DNA of 64,000 nt from Bacteroidota bacterium (GCA_022709385.1 JAKLIX010000010.1:89529-153528); one strand, 5' to 3'. Shown: positions 9,298-19,057, counted from the first letter of the stretch. Translations and numbers: made by a program. Notes: generated from the sequence alone by a model not told the origin.

Positions 9298-10709
9298 TAC
9301 TTCTTTCCCTTAGGGGTTTTGCCGGCCTTTTTCGCAGGTTTTCTTTCAAGGGTCAATTTTACCGCTTTCCCTTCAGGAGTGGATTTAGCAGCTTTTCCGG
9401 CAGGAGCGGATTTAACTGTTTTTCTTGGAGTGGCGGATTTAACAACTTTTCCGGCAGGTGGCGGAACAGGTCTGCTTGCAGCTGTCGGAACAGAAGTGGC
9501 GACGGCCGTTTTCCCTGTGGCCTGTTCAACCCTGATGGTAAAATCAGACAGGACATTCATGTAATTGATGAATGCCTCATAAGGGCTGGCGTAAGGATTG
9601 AAGAATTTATGTACCTCTCCGTCGGAGAACCACTTGGTGGACATATAGTAAAAATGGTCGCTGGTCTGCAGGCGGGTCCAGTCCCTCTGGATGGTTTCGT
9701 CTGCACAGCGGGCTACCAGCGGAGCGAGGGAATACAGCTTACTGACGGCTTCCTGCTGCAGCTCGTTCCCCAGCCAGGCGGTTACATCCCTTTCCTCGTC
9801 GGCCCAGCTGACCGGGTAGGGTGCATGGATGGCGGACACCGGCTGCAGGGTCTCCGCAAGTTCTGAAGGAGTGAGGAAGGTATGTGCGGTGTTTTTCAAT
9901 ACCGCTGCCGGCAATGCTTTCAGGAAGTCAAAGATTCCGGTTTCAGCACCCTGGCGTTCTCCAAGCGCAGGGTAATCGATAAAGATATTGACAACTTCCT
10001 GCTTGGGATCCAGGGCTTTGATCCAGCCGGTGAATTTCTCAGCAGTCAAAGGCCATTCCGACCAGTCCTTCCGGCAAAAACGGAAGGCGATATCGTCGCT
10101 CATCTGGAAATTTTTCAGCAGTATCTTCAGCCTGGGGTTGATGGCGTTGCAATAAAGGTAGTTCGGACTTTTCCAGCCGAGAATGTGTTTGGCTCCTTCC
10201 GTCAGCATGGTAAAATAACCCATGTCGGCGACCATTTCGCCTATGACATCAGAGTAAATCAATTCCGAATTTCTGAAGGTCTTTGGTTTTTGACCGAACA
10301 GACTTTCGATCAGTGCGGCATGCTTGTTCACCTGTGCTATAAACTCCTCACTGTCCTTCAGGGATGCCAGGCTGTGCGCATAGGTTTCGGCAAGAAACTC
10401 CACATTCCCGGTGGTGGCAAGTTTCGTAAACCCTTCCATTGCTTCCGGTGCGTGCTTTTGCATTTGTTCCAGCGCAAGCCCTGAGATGGAGAAGCTGATC
10501 CGGAATTTTTTACCGTGCTTCTTAATCAGATCCAGTAAAACCTTATTGGCAGGGATATAGGACTTCTCGGCCACCCTTCGGATAATGCTTCTGTTCTGGT
10601 AATCATCATAATAATGATGATTTTCGCCTATGTCAAAAAAGCGGTAGGTTCTGAGCCGGTAAGGCTGATGTACCTGGAAATTCAGGCAGATGGCTTTTGT
10701 TGCGTTCAT
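9297..10709 (-). CDS. GH57-family alpha-amylase/glycogen-active enzyme with Lys-rich repeat tail
   Basis: MNATKAICLNFQVHQPYRL...ISFSISGLALEQ is the GH57 N-terminal pattern. The ATG at 10707-10709 overlaps the stop of the upstream GT4 gene (ATGA). The tail reads PAGKVVKSATPRKTVKSAPAGKAAKSTPEGKAVK...KKAGKTPKGKK. Confidence 0.8.
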   Translation of the reverse strand: MNATKAICLNFQVHQPYRLRTYRFFDIGENHHYYDDYQNRSIIRRVAEKSYIPANKVLLDLIKKHGKKFRISFSISGLALEQMQKHAPEAMEGFTKLATTGNVEFLAETYAHSLASLKDSEEFIAQVNKHAALIESLFGQKPKTFRNSELIYSDVIGEMVADMGYFTMLTEGAKHILGWKSPNYLYCNAINPRLKILLKNFQMSDDIAFRFCRKDWSEWPLTAEKFTGWIKALDPKQEVVNIFIDYPALGERQGAETGIFDFLKALPAAVLKNTAHTFLTPSELAETLQPVSAIHAPYPVSWADEERDVTAWLGNELQQEAVSKLYSLAPLVARCADETIQRDWTRLQTSDHFYYMSTKWFSDGEVHKFFNPYASPYEAFINYMNVLSDFTIRVEQATGKTAVATSVPTAASRPVPPPAGKVVKSATPRKTVKSAPAGKAAKSTPEGKAVKLTLERKPAKKAGKTPKGKK

Positions 10710-11995
10710 TGTTTGACAAGTGTTTGATAAACCTGGAAGACGTTTTTGGCCGCATTCTCCCATTTGAGATTCTCTACTTCGGCCTTGCCTTTCCGGCTGA
10801 AAATATCATAAAGCACCGGATAATGCAGGATGCCGTAAATGGCGTCGGCCATGGCCTCGATATCCCAGAAATCAACTTTTACGGCATGTTTCAGGACTTC
10901 GGCCACGCCGCTTTGTTTGGAGATGACCACGGGTACATTGGAGCGCATGGCCTCGAGCGGTGATATCCCGAAGGGTTCGGAGATGGAGGGCATCACATAC
11001 ACATCGCTGAGGGCAAACATCTTATCCACGTCATCACCTTTTAAAAATCCGGTAAAGTGAAAACGGGTGCCGATGCCGAGCTGGGCCACCCGCCTGACCA
11101 TTTTGTTCATCAGGTCTCCCGATCCTGCCATGACAAAACGAACATGAGGATCTTTCTCAAGGATGCGGTAGGCTGCTTCGATAAAGTACTCGGGTCCTTT
11201 CTGGAAGGTGATCCGGCCCAGAAAAGTAACCACCTTCTCCTTCACATGCTTGCGGTATTGAATGTCTTCCCGGCGAATGACCGGTTCAACGGCATTATGT
11301 ACCGTGAAGACCTTGGCAGGATCGATCCCGTACCTTTCGATGACGATCTTACGTGTAAGATTGCTGACGGTAATCACCCGGTCGGCTTCCTCCATGCCTT
11401 TTCTTTCGATGTCGTAAACAACCTGGTTTACGTTCTCGCCGCTGCGGTCAAATTCGGTGGCATGCATGTGAACCACCAGGGGTTTGCCGGATACGTGCTT
11501 GGCCCAGATACCCGCAGGATAGGTAAGCCAGTCGTGGGCATGCACCAGGTCGAACTGCTCCATATCCGCGATCCTGGATGCCACCAGCGCATAGTTGCTC
11601 ACTTCTTCCATCAGGTTGAGCCCGTATTTGCCCGAGAAATCGTATTTGCGTGAATATACCGGCCTGACACTGGTCTCTTCATAAACACGCTGCTCTTCGA
11701 TCAGTCTTTCATATTCCTCGAAACTGGCATAGGGTACGAGGTTTGAACCAACTTCCACATAGGTCAGGTTTTCCCTGATTTCGGAAGTGATGTGCTCTTC
11801 CCCGAAAAAAACCTCGATATCACTGGCATTGATCAGCCTGACAGCCTCCTGGCTTTCGTCACCGTATGCTTTCGGAACGACGAACAATACCTCCGTGCCT
11901 TGTTTCAGCAGGCCTTTGGTCAAACCGAAGCAGGCAGTTCCGAGTCCGCCGGTAATATGCGGAGGAAATTCCCAGCCAAACATCAATACCCTCAT
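10706..11995 (-). CDS. GT4-family glycosyltransferase (glycogen synthase-like)
   Basis: MRVLMFGWEFPPHITGGLGTAC and the C-terminal EPFGISPLEAM motif. It lies between the debranching enzyme and GH57. Confidence 0.8.
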   Translation of the reverse strand: MRVLMFGWEFPPHITGGLGTACFGLTKGLLKQGTEVLFVVPKAYGDESQEAVRLINASDIEVFFGEEHITSEIRENLTYVEVGSNLVPYASFEEYERLIEEQRVYEETSVRPVYSRKYDFSGKYGLNLMEEVSNYALVASRIADMEQFDLVHAHDWLTYPAGIWAKHVSGKPLVVHMHATEFDRSGENVNQVVYDIERKGMEEADRVITVSNLTRKIVIERYGIDPAKVFTVHNAVEPVIRREDIQYRKHVKEKVVTFLGRITFQKGPEYFIEAAYRILEKDPHVRFVMAGSGDLMNKMVRRVAQLGIGTRFHFTGFLKGDDVDKMFALSDVYVMPSISEPFGISPLEAMRSNVPVVISKQSGVAEVLKHAVKVDFWDIEAMADAIYGILHYPVLYDIFSRKGKAEVENLKWENAAKNVFQVYQTLVKQ

Positions 11996-12007
11996 AGGAC
12001 CTTGCTT

Positions 12008-13963
12008 TTATTGTTCATCAGACAATTCATATTCATTCATCAACATTTTCACACGCAACAATTCACCAACGCTCCAGGCCATGGAAATGGCACCTCCGAA
12101 ATGATGCGGCGGATCTCCGTCGTAAATCTCTGAAATGCTGCCAATGCCATGTTCCCTGATGCTTGATTCAAAGCCTGAGTAAACCTTGTTTATCAACGAA
12201 AGGCCTGATTTTCCGTGGATTCGCAGGTATGCAGCCGCGAAATGCCCGAACAGCCATGGATATACAGTTCCCTGGTGGGCTGCGGATTCCCTGGCTTCAT
12301 GCCTGCCGTGGCAGATGCCATGGTATTTAGGATCTTTTGGTGAGAGCGTGCGCAAACCGCGTGGTGTGAGTAATTCGGATTTTACCGTATCCAATGCTTT
12401 TTTCCGTATTTCTTCAGAAAGAGGGCTGTATGGCAGGGAGGCGGCAATCACCTGGTTTGGTCTGATACTCCAGTCCTGACGCCCCTGGCAAACTACATCT
12501 GCAAGATATCCCCTTTCTTCGTTCCAGAATAGCGTTTCGAAGGCCTTCCCAACCTTCGCAGCAAGTGCTTCCCATTCCCGGGCTGCTTTTTTATCTGCCG
12601 CCGTCTGGAGCAACTCAGCTGTAAAACACAGGGCATTGTACCATAAAGCATTGACCTCTACTGCCTTGCCTCTGCGAAGGCATACCGCCTTACCATCTAA
12701 CATGGCATCCATCCAGGTCATGGGCAGTTTTTCTTCCCTGATTTCAAGCAGACCATCCTGATCCATGGCAATATTATCCCATTGCCCGTCCCTGTATGCA
12801 TTGAGAATCTCCAGAAGGAAGGGGGCATAGCGTTTGCGGATTTCTTTCAGTGTTCCGGTATATGCCGCGTACTGTTGCAGTGCCGCAAAAAGCCAGAGCA
12901 AACTGTCGGCCGTAGCAGGCTGTTGGTTTTCGTTCTTATCCGTAAAGAAAAAGTATCTGTCTTTTTCGCGGATCATGGTGTCTGCCACACTGAGGAAGTT
13001 CTGGGTACGGCCGTCCACCAGGCACAGACCCGGCAAAGCGACCAGGGCATCCCTGGCCCGGACACCGTACCAGGGAAAACCCGCCAGCACTTCCGTATTG
13101 CCTTCCCGTTTAAAAATAAACTGATGGGCAGAATTGATCAGACAATTCTCAAATGTGTTTCTCGGGATTCTTCTGTCCACTTCCAGGTCGAACAGTTTCT
13201 TCAGATCTTTCGGATCAACCTCATTGAGGCCGGCCGTAAAATAGACGCTTTCTCCCTTTTTCAGCGGCAGCTCGAAATAGCCGGGAACGAACAGATCTTC
13301 CAGGTAGTCGTATCCCCGCTCCAGTTCTTCAATATACTCAATGTTATGATACCAGTCCGGCACGTGGATGTAGTCATGTTTCTTCGAAAGCTGTATCATC
13401 ATCGGGTAGTAACCCTCGTACAGGCACATCCGTATTCCGTTGGGAATGGCCTGGTACCTGGTATCGGCAAAGATGTTTTCCTTCGAAAGGCTGTGCCGGC
13501 TGCGGAAAGCCAGAAATGGCCTCAGCCTGATCAGGGTGGGGGAGTGGGCGTCCTGCAGGGTGTACTTGATGATAACCCTGGCTTCGTCGTGCGTGAACAA
13601 CATCTCCTTGGTAAGGAAAACTCCTCCGATCCGGAAGGTGAGTTTGGGTATGGGTTCAGTGGTAAAGTCCCTGAGGTATTTATGTCCCTTGGGGTTGTAA
13701 TAACCACCTTTGTACCGGTGGATCCCGAGATTGAAGGGAGCATCCTGCTGAATCACAGTCTCGTCGACACTCGATAACAGCACGTGATATTCACCGTCCA
13801 GCGCAGGCTGCCTGGTGATCAGCAAGCCGTGGTATTTGCGTGTGTTGCATCCGGTCAGGGTAGTGCTGGAAAACGATCCTGCGCGGTTGGATCGCAACAA
13901 TTCCTTGGTCAGGGAATACTCCAGGTTGATCAGTTGCAATTTGTCAAATTCTATATAACTCAT
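12008..13963 (-). CDS. Glycogen debranching enzyme (amylo-alpha-1,6-glucosidase family)
   Basis: SNRAGSFSSTTLTGCNTRKYHGLL N-terminal motif and a C-terminal (alpha/alpha)6 GDE-like region (HQGTVYPWLFGHF). Confidence 0.8.
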   Translation of the reverse strand: MSYIEFDKLQLINLEYSLTKELLRSNRAGSFSSTTLTGCNTRKYHGLLITRQPALDGEYHVLLSSVDETVIQQDAPFNLGIHRYKGGYYNPKGHKYLRDFTTEPIPKLTFRIGGVFLTKEMLFTHDEARVIIKYTLQDAHSPTLIRLRPFLAFRSRHSLSKENIFADTRYQAIPNGIRMCLYEGYYPMMIQLSKKHDYIHVPDWYHNIEYIEELERGYDYLEDLFVPGYFELPLKKGESVYFTAGLNEVDPKDLKKLFDLEVDRRIPRNTFENCLINSAHQFIFKREGNTEVLAGFPWYGVRARDALVALPGLCLVDGRTQNFLSVADTMIREKDRYFFFTDKNENQQPATADSLLWLFAALQQYAAYTGTLKEIRKRYAPFLLEILNAYRDGQWDNIAMDQDGLLEIREEKLPMTWMDAMLDGKAVCLRRGKAVEVNALWYNALCFTAELLQTAADKKAAREWEALAAKVGKAFETLFWNEERGYLADVVCQGRQDWSIRPNQVIAASLPYSPLSEEIRKKALDTVKSELLTPRGLRTLSPKDPKYHGICHGRHEARESAAHQGTVYPWLFGHFAAAYLRIHGKSGLSLINKVYSGFESSIREHGIGSISEIYDGDPPHHFGGAISMAWSVGELLRVKMLMNEYELSDEQ

Positions 13964-14010
13964 GTGATGCTAAAGACTGTTTCCTGATTTATAATGACTT
14001 AAATTACCTG

Positions 14011-14018
14011 CAAAGGTA
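14011..14018 (-). promoter_or_regulatory. -7 box TACCTTTG for the glycogen operon
   Basis: caaaggta on the plus strand, 47 nt upstream of the ATG at 13963. Confidence 0.4.
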
Positions 14019-14094
14019 ATGGATATCTTTTTAACGGGTCTGTGGCCCGCGTGGAATGCGTAAAGTTAACACTTATTTAATGATTCAGTTCACC

Positions 14095-14197
14095 ATATAT
14101 ACCGAAAAAGTACAGGAATGCGAAAAAAGTGTTCCCAGAGTCATCGGTATAACTGAATCTAAGCGAAAACTGCTTCGCATTTTCACTAAGATTCAGT
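14095..14197. repeat. Dispersed hairpin-forming intergenic repeat (TATACCGATGACTCTGGGAACAC / CTGAATCTTAGT...CTTAGATTC family)
   Basis: Reverse complement matches 54921-55015 and 57280-57374 almost base for base. Confidence 0.6.
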
Positions 14198-14287
14198 TAA
14201 TTATAATTTGATTGCAATAAAGATGCCTGCCGGCAGTTTATGTCTACTGCATCAGCCTGTATGACAATAAGCTTTACCTTTGCACGC

Positions 14288-15757
14288 ATGATCAAACTTT
14301 CGGATAAATTGTTTCAGGGTTTTATTCCCGGACTGGCATTGCTGTTGTTGCTCCAGGCCATGATGTTTTCCTCCTGCCGTAAGGAGGAGGATTTCGATAC
14401 AAGCCCTTCCCTGAAGTTGTCTTTCTCTGAAGATTCTGTGCTGTTCGATACTGTTTTTTCTACGCTTGGCAGTGCTACCAGGATACTGATGGTATACAAC
14501 AGCAGCAAAAAGCCTGTGCTGATCAGTGCAGCCGGACTGGAGAAAGGGCCGGAGAGCCAGTTCCGTCTGAATGTTGACGGAATCTCATCCCACCTGGCAA
14601 ATGATATCGAAATTGGAGCGGAGGACAGCATCTATGTGTTCGTGAAGGTCAGGGTTGATCCGACCAGTCAGAACAGTCCGCTGGTTGTAACCGACAGGCT
14701 GTTCTTTGAAACCAACGGCAACCTGCAGACGGTCGATCTGGTGGCCTGGGGACAGGATGCACACTATATCGTTGCCAACAAATTTGTGGAAGGATTGCCT
14801 CCTTACAGGATCGTTGCATCCGGGAATCAAACTGTCACCTGGTCCAACGACAAACCCTTTCTGATCTACGGCTATGCCGTGGTGGATTCCCTGGGTGTGC
14901 TGAATATTGAAAAGGGCTGCCGCATTCACTTTCACAACAACAGCGGGCTGTGGGTTTACCGTTTTGGTTCCCTGCGGGTGAACGGAACCCTGGATGAAAG
15001 GGTGGTTTTTCAGGGCGACCGCCTGGAGGAGTCCTATCAGGATGTTTCAGGGCAGTGGGACAGGATATGGCTGAACGAAGGCAGTGTGGACAATGTGATC
15101 AATTATGCCGTCATCAAAAACGGTTTTATCGGCCTGCAGCTCGAAACCCTGCTCAGCAGTGAAGGGAACAAGCTGATGCTCTCCAATACGGTGATCCACA
15201 ATATGTCGGGATGGGGTATATTCACCCGTTTCTACCGGCTTGAAGCCTGGAACTGTGAAATTTCCGGATGCGGCCTGGATAATGTGTATCTCTCAACCGG
15301 AGGTGACTATGATTTCAGGCATTGTACGATGGGCAATTACTGGTCGGGAACGGTGAGGAAGACACCGGCAGTGTTGATCAGTAATTTTTACAAGAACGAA
15401 TATACGCAGACGCTGTACACCGGGGATCTGAAACGGGCGTTTTTCGGAAACTGCATCATTTACGGCAATCTGGAAGATGAGTTTATCACGGCAAAGGAAG
15501 AAGGCGTCATGTTCAATTACAGGCTCGATCATTGCCTGGTGAAAACGGCGCATGTGTCAGACAGCCTGGTATCCTGTATTCGTAACCAGGATCCCCTGTT
15601 TCTTGACATTGAAAAGCACGATTATACCCTGAAGGAAAGTTCCCCTGCCAGGGGGGCAGGCAGTGTGGAGATTGCCACTCCTTTTCCCAACGATCTTCCT
15701 GGTAACCCGCGCCTGCCTTCGCCGGATCTGGGCGCCTACCAGTTTATGCCCAGGTAA
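14288..15757 (+). CDS. Hypothetical lipoprotein, possibly a right-handed beta-helix
   Basis: MIKLSDKLFQGFIPGLALLLLLQAMMFSSC lipoprotein signal. There is an ORF-length coding signal but no motif I can name. A TACCTTTG box at 14275-14282 argues against the upstream start at 14240. Confidence 0.5.
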   Translation: MIKLSDKLFQGFIPGLALLLLLQAMMFSSCRKEEDFDTSPSLKLSFSEDSVLFDTVFSTLGSATRILMVYNSSKKPVLISAAGLEKGPESQFRLNVDGISSHLANDIEIGAEDSIYVFVKVRVDPTSQNSPLVVTDRLFFETNGNLQTVDLVAWGQDAHYIVANKFVEGLPPYRIVASGNQTVTWSNDKPFLIYGYAVVDSLGVLNIEKGCRIHFHNNSGLWVYRFGSLRVNGTLDERVVFQGDRLEESYQDVSGQWDRIWLNEGSVDNVINYAVIKNGFIGLQLETLLSSEGNKLMLSNTVIHNMSGWGIFTRFYRLEAWNCEISGCGLDNVYLSTGGDYDFRHCTMGNYWSGTVRKTPAVLISNFYKNEYTQTLYTGDLKRAFFGNCIIYGNLEDEFITAKEEGVMFNYRLDHCLVKTAHVSDSLVSCIRNQDPLFLDIEKHDYTLKESSPARGAGSVEIATPFPNDLPGNPRLPSPDLGAYQFMPR

Positions 15758-15766
15758 GGCCGGGAA

Positions 15767-16639
15767 TCACTTTTGTAAAAGTTCCGCCATCTTTGAGCCG
15801 ATCTCGGCAGGTGAATCCACCACTGTAATGCCGCATTCCCGGAGAATGGCCTTCTTTGCTTCGGCAGTGTCGGCTTTGCCTCCTACAATGGCCCCGGCAT
15901 GTCCCATGGTTCTTCCTTTGGGAGCGGTAGCTCCGGCGATAAAGCCCACAACAGGCTTGGTTCCGTGTGCTTTAATCCACAGGGCCGCATCAGCCTCCAT
16001 ATTTCCCCCGATCTCGCCTATCATCACGATGCCTTTGGTTTCCGGATCTTCCATCAGGAGTTGCACGGCTTCCACCGTCGTGGTACCGGGAATGGGATCT
16101 CCGCCTATCCCGATGGCCGTCGTTTGTCCGAGTCCTGCCTTGGTAAGCTGATCCACGGCTTCGTAAGTGAGTGTTCCGGAACGAGAAACAAGTCCGACAA
16201 CCCCTTTCTGATGGATGAAACCGGGCATGATCCCGACTTTGGCTTCATCCGGAGTGATAATCCCCGGACAGTTGGGGCCAACCAGCCGGCAGGGTTTTCC
16301 CTTAAGTGCCTGCTTCACCATCATCATATCTTTGACGGGAATGCCTTCGGTGATACAGACGATGACTTTGATGCCGGCGTCTGCGGCTTCGAGTATGGCA
16401 TCGGCTGCATAGGAGGCAGGGACAAAGATAACGGAAACGTCAGCTCCTGCATGGTCAACAGCATCCTTCACGGTGTTAAAGACAGGACGGTCGAGGTGGG
16501 TGGTGCCGCCTTTGCCGGGAGTGACTCCTCCCACGACATTGGTACCATATTCTATCATCTGGCCGGCGTGGAAGGTGCCTTCATTACCGGTAAAGCCCTG
16601 GACGATGATGCGGGAGGTTTTATTGACGAGAACACTCAT
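15767..16639 (-). CDS. sucD: Succinyl-CoA synthetase alpha subunit
   Basis: [20 protein letters not shown] and SRSGTLTYE, with the phosphohistidine-loop MGHAGAI. Confidence 0.9.
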   Translation of the reverse strand: MSVLVNKTSRIIVQGFTGNEGTFHAGQMIEYGTNVVGGVTPGKGGTTHLDRPVFNTVKDAVDHAGADVSVIFVPASYAADAILEAADAGIKVIVCITEGIPVKDMMMVKQALKGKPCRLVGPNCPGIITPDEAKVGIMPGFIHQKGVVGLVSRSGTLTYEAVDQLTKAGLGQTTAIGIGGDPIPGTTTVEAVQLLMEDPETKGIVMIGEIGGNMEADAALWIKAHGTKPVVGFIAGATAPKGRTMGHAGAIVGGKADTAEAKKAILRECGITVVDSPAEIGSKMAELLQK

Positions 16640-16764
16640 TGGGGTTTAAAGTTTAAGGTTTAGGGGTTTAGTCATGCTGAGCGGAGTCGAAGCATTGGTT
16701 CTGTTCAGGGTTAAGTTTCCTGAACTCAGATAACCTGGTGCTTTGACTCTTGAAATTTCCGCAG

Positions 16765-16772
16765 CAAAGGTA
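16765..16772 (-). promoter_or_regulatory. -7 box TACCTTTG upstream of sucD
   Basis: caaaggta on the plus strand, 125 nt upstream of the sucD ATG. Confidence 0.3.
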
Positions 16773-16833
16773 GGGAATGTTCATGAATCCTCAAATATAT
16801 CCCTCCATGTCGGGATAGCTCGTGCCCTCTGGT

Positions 16834-17550
16834 TCAGAAGGTGATCAGATAATAAAACCCAGTTGCCAGTAAGAGGATACCACCTGTGTATTTTACAGGA
16901 AGAGAAATTCTTTCAAATCTTTGCGATGCCTGGTTCACCCCGACACTCATACCTGCCATTCCGATGGCAAGGGGGAAACCGAAACCCAGGCTGAAGAACA
17001 GCATGATTAGCGTACCCCAGGCAATGTTATTGTGAATAAAGGCAGCTCCCAGGGCAATGGAGAAAACAGGGTTGCAAAGGGAGTTGCAAACTGCGGATGA
17101 ACTCGCCAGTGCAATACCGAAGAGCACGGATGTCCACACTCCCGGCCTCCATTTGCCTTGGATTGGTTTAAGCGGGGATAGCTTTACATTGATCAGGCCG
17201 GTTGTGGACAATCCAAAGAAGACAAACAGGCAGCCCGTGATCAGTTTCCAGTATCCCCCGGTAGCGCTGAACAGCATCTGTCCGGACAGACTCACGGCAA
17301 TCCCTGTCAGCAGGAGTGTAAAGATGACTCCCAGAAGGAAAAAGAAAGAGGATATGAGGAGGTATTTCTTCCCTGAACCGGTCATTGAGCCTGAGTATCC
17401 TGCAACTGCTGTCAATACAGGTACAGTGCAACAGGAGGTTGCCAGACCAAGAAAACCTAAAAGGGAAGCTGTAAGCAGGCTTAAAGGATTGTGACTTCCC
17501 GCGCTTAATTCAGAGATCCATTGTTCTGCCATTATTTCGTGTTTGTGCAT
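16834..17550 (-). CDS. CcdA/DsbD-like thiol-disulfide transmembrane electron transporter
   Basis: Polytopic membrane protein with the paired Cys motif ATSCCTVPVL and a second Cys region (AVCNSLCNP). An alternative ATG at 17530-17532 overlaps the upstream stop (TAATG). Confidence 0.65.
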   Translation of the reverse strand: MHKHEIMAEQWISELSAGSHNPLSLLTASLLGFLGLATSCCTVPVLTAVAGYSGSMTGSGKKYLLISSFFFLLGVIFTLLLTGIAVSLSGQMLFSATGGYWKLITGCLFVFFGLSTTGLINVKLSPLKPIQGKWRPGVWTSVLFGIALASSSAVCNSLCNPVFSIALGAAFIHNNIAWGTLIMLFFSLGFGFPLAIGMAGMSVGVNQASQRFERISLPVKYTGGILLLATGFYYLITF

Positions 17551-17750
17551 CCTTTATTGTCCGTGCAACAGCCTTCTGAGCCACATGCGGGTGCAGGAGC
17601 AGGGGTGAGAAACTTATACAGGATGATGCCGGCTGCTATTACGACAATGGCGTACAGAGCGATTTTTTTCCAGCGGTTTGCCGGACGTGGTGCACAGCAG
17701 CCTGGATCATTACAGCTGCAGGAAGCTGAGGGGTCTAGTGTATTTTTCAT
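17532..17750 (-). CDS. Cys-rich bitopic mini-protein (72 aa)
   Basis: MKNTLDPSASCSCNDPGCCAPRPANRWKK, then one TM helix (IALYAIVVIAAGIILY), then PACGSEGCCTDNKGCTNTK. I chose ATG 17750 because the longer ORF would overlap arsM. Confidence 0.5.
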   Translation of the reverse strand: MKNTLDPSASCSCNDPGCCAPRPANRWKKIALYAIVVIAAGIILYKFLTPAPAPACGSEGCCTDNKGCTNTK

Positions 17751-17767
17751 AATGTCCGGATTAAGGT

Positions 17768-18616
17768 TTAACAACAAGCCCCATGTCCCTGGCAACAAGC
17801 AGATACTGCTTTCTCGGCATACACACTGATGCTGAATATTCCGGTGCCCCCGGCTTTAAATGCTTCCAGTTCTTCCGGGTTCAGATAATTCAGGAGGACA
17901 TCATCCGGAATAAGTATTTGCTTTTCATTGGGAACTTTGATATTGGTCAATCCGGACTCACGCATCAGGTCAAGGTATTCCTCCTTCTGAATGGCTCCTG
18001 AAACACAACCTGCATACATTTCAGCAGCCTGCATGATTTTTTCGGGCAGGACACCGTTCAATACCACATCAGAAATGGAAAGATGTCCGCCGGGCTTTAA
18101 AACCCTGTATATCTCCTTAAATGCCTTTTGTTTATCCGGTACAAGATTCAATACGCAATTGCTGATGACTACATCGGCTTTACCGGCCGTAACCGGCAAG
18201 TTTTCGATATCACCCAGGCGGAACTGGACATTGTGAAGGCTAAGTTTGCAGGCATTCTCCCTGGCTTTTTCAATCATGGCCTCCGTCATGTCGATGCCAA
18301 TTACCAGACCGGACATGCCCACAAGCGATCTTGCCACGAAACAGTCATTGCCTGCACCGGAACCAAGATCAATCACGGTATCACCTTCCCTGATACGTGC
18401 GAAGGCAGTTGGAATGCCACATCCGAGTCCAAGATCAGCATCCGGATTGTAGCCCTCCAGATGGTCGTAACTTTCACTGAAGACCGCATAATCGAAGTCT
18501 CCGCAGCAAGCGGTTGAGCCACAGCAGGATGTTTGGTTCTCGGTTTTGGTCTGGCTTGCAATCTCGCGATACTTGTTCCTGACCAGTTCTTTCAGATCGT
18601 CATTTGTATTACTCAT
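17768..18616 (-). CDS. arsM: Arsenite S-adenosylmethionine methyltransferase
   Basis: N-terminal CCGSTACCG, SAM motif VIDLGSGAGND, DVVISNCVLNL, and a Cys-rich C-terminus CCQGHGACC. Confidence 0.85.
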   Translation of the reverse strand: MSNTNDDLKELVRNKYREIASQTKTENQTSCCGSTACCGDFDYAVFSESYDHLEGYNPDADLGLGCGIPTAFARIREGDTVIDLGSGAGNDCFVARSLVGMSGLVIGIDMTEAMIEKARENACKLSLHNVQFRLGDIENLPVTAGKADVVISNCVLNLVPDKQKAFKEIYRVLKPGGHLSISDVVLNGVLPEKIMQAAEMYAGCVSGAIQKEEYLDLMRESGLTNIKVPNEKQILIPDDVLLNYLNPEELEAFKAGGTGIFSISVYAEKAVSACCQGHGACC

Positions 18617-18649
18617 GTCAGATTGGTTTATGTAATTTTTCTGCTTTGG

Positions 18650-19021
18650 TTAGTTCCGGATGTCCGTATTACAGGAGAGGTTCTCATGCTCACAAGAACA
18701 GATGAAATCTGAGATTGATGATGAAAAGAAGTCGTTGAAGCTTTGCCTGTTACTTTCGAGAATGTGCATATCGAGACAATAATGGATTCTCAGTCCATCA
18801 ATGCTTCCCTGTATAATTCCGCACTCTTTCAGTACCTTGAGATGTCTCGATACAGTCGGCCTGGCGATGGGTAAATCGTCCGAGATATTACCTGTTTTTA
18901 TCTCCTTTTTTTCTGCAAGTACCCTGATAATGGCAAGGCGGGCCGGATGAGACAACGCTTTGGCAATATTGGCCAGTTGCTGCAATTCAGGGTCAAACTC
19001 ACGTGATTTGTTATTGGACAT
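18650..19021 (-). CDS. arsR: ArsR/SmtB-family metalloregulator
   Basis: LANIAKALSHPARLAIIRVLA...ISDDLPIARPTVSRHLKVLKECGII is a winged HTH. I prefer ATG 19021 to the TTG at 19030. Confidence 0.85.
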   Translation of the reverse strand: MSNNKSREFDPELQQLANIAKALSHPARLAIIRVLAEKKEIKTGNISDDLPIARPTVSRHLKVLKECGIIQGSIDGLRIHYCLDMHILESNRQSFNDFFSSSISDFICSCEHENLSCNTDIRN

Positions 19022-19035
19022 TACGATCAATGTTT

Positions 19036-19057
19036 AATGTTGCAAACATACAACATT
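19036..19057 (-). promoter_or_regulatory. Candidate ArsR operator (AATGTTG-N8-CAACATT) overlapping a TATGTTTG -7 box
   Basis: A 7-bp inverted repeat encloses caaacata (19043-19050), which is TATGTTTG on the minus strand. It lies 21 nt upstream of the arsR ATG. Confidence 0.4.

Noticed and set aside
15767-16639. sucD without an adjacent sucC, considered as an anomaly
   Set aside because: The two succinyl-CoA synthetase subunit genes are, to my knowledge, frequently unlinked in Bacteroidota. Nothing in the sequence suggests decay.
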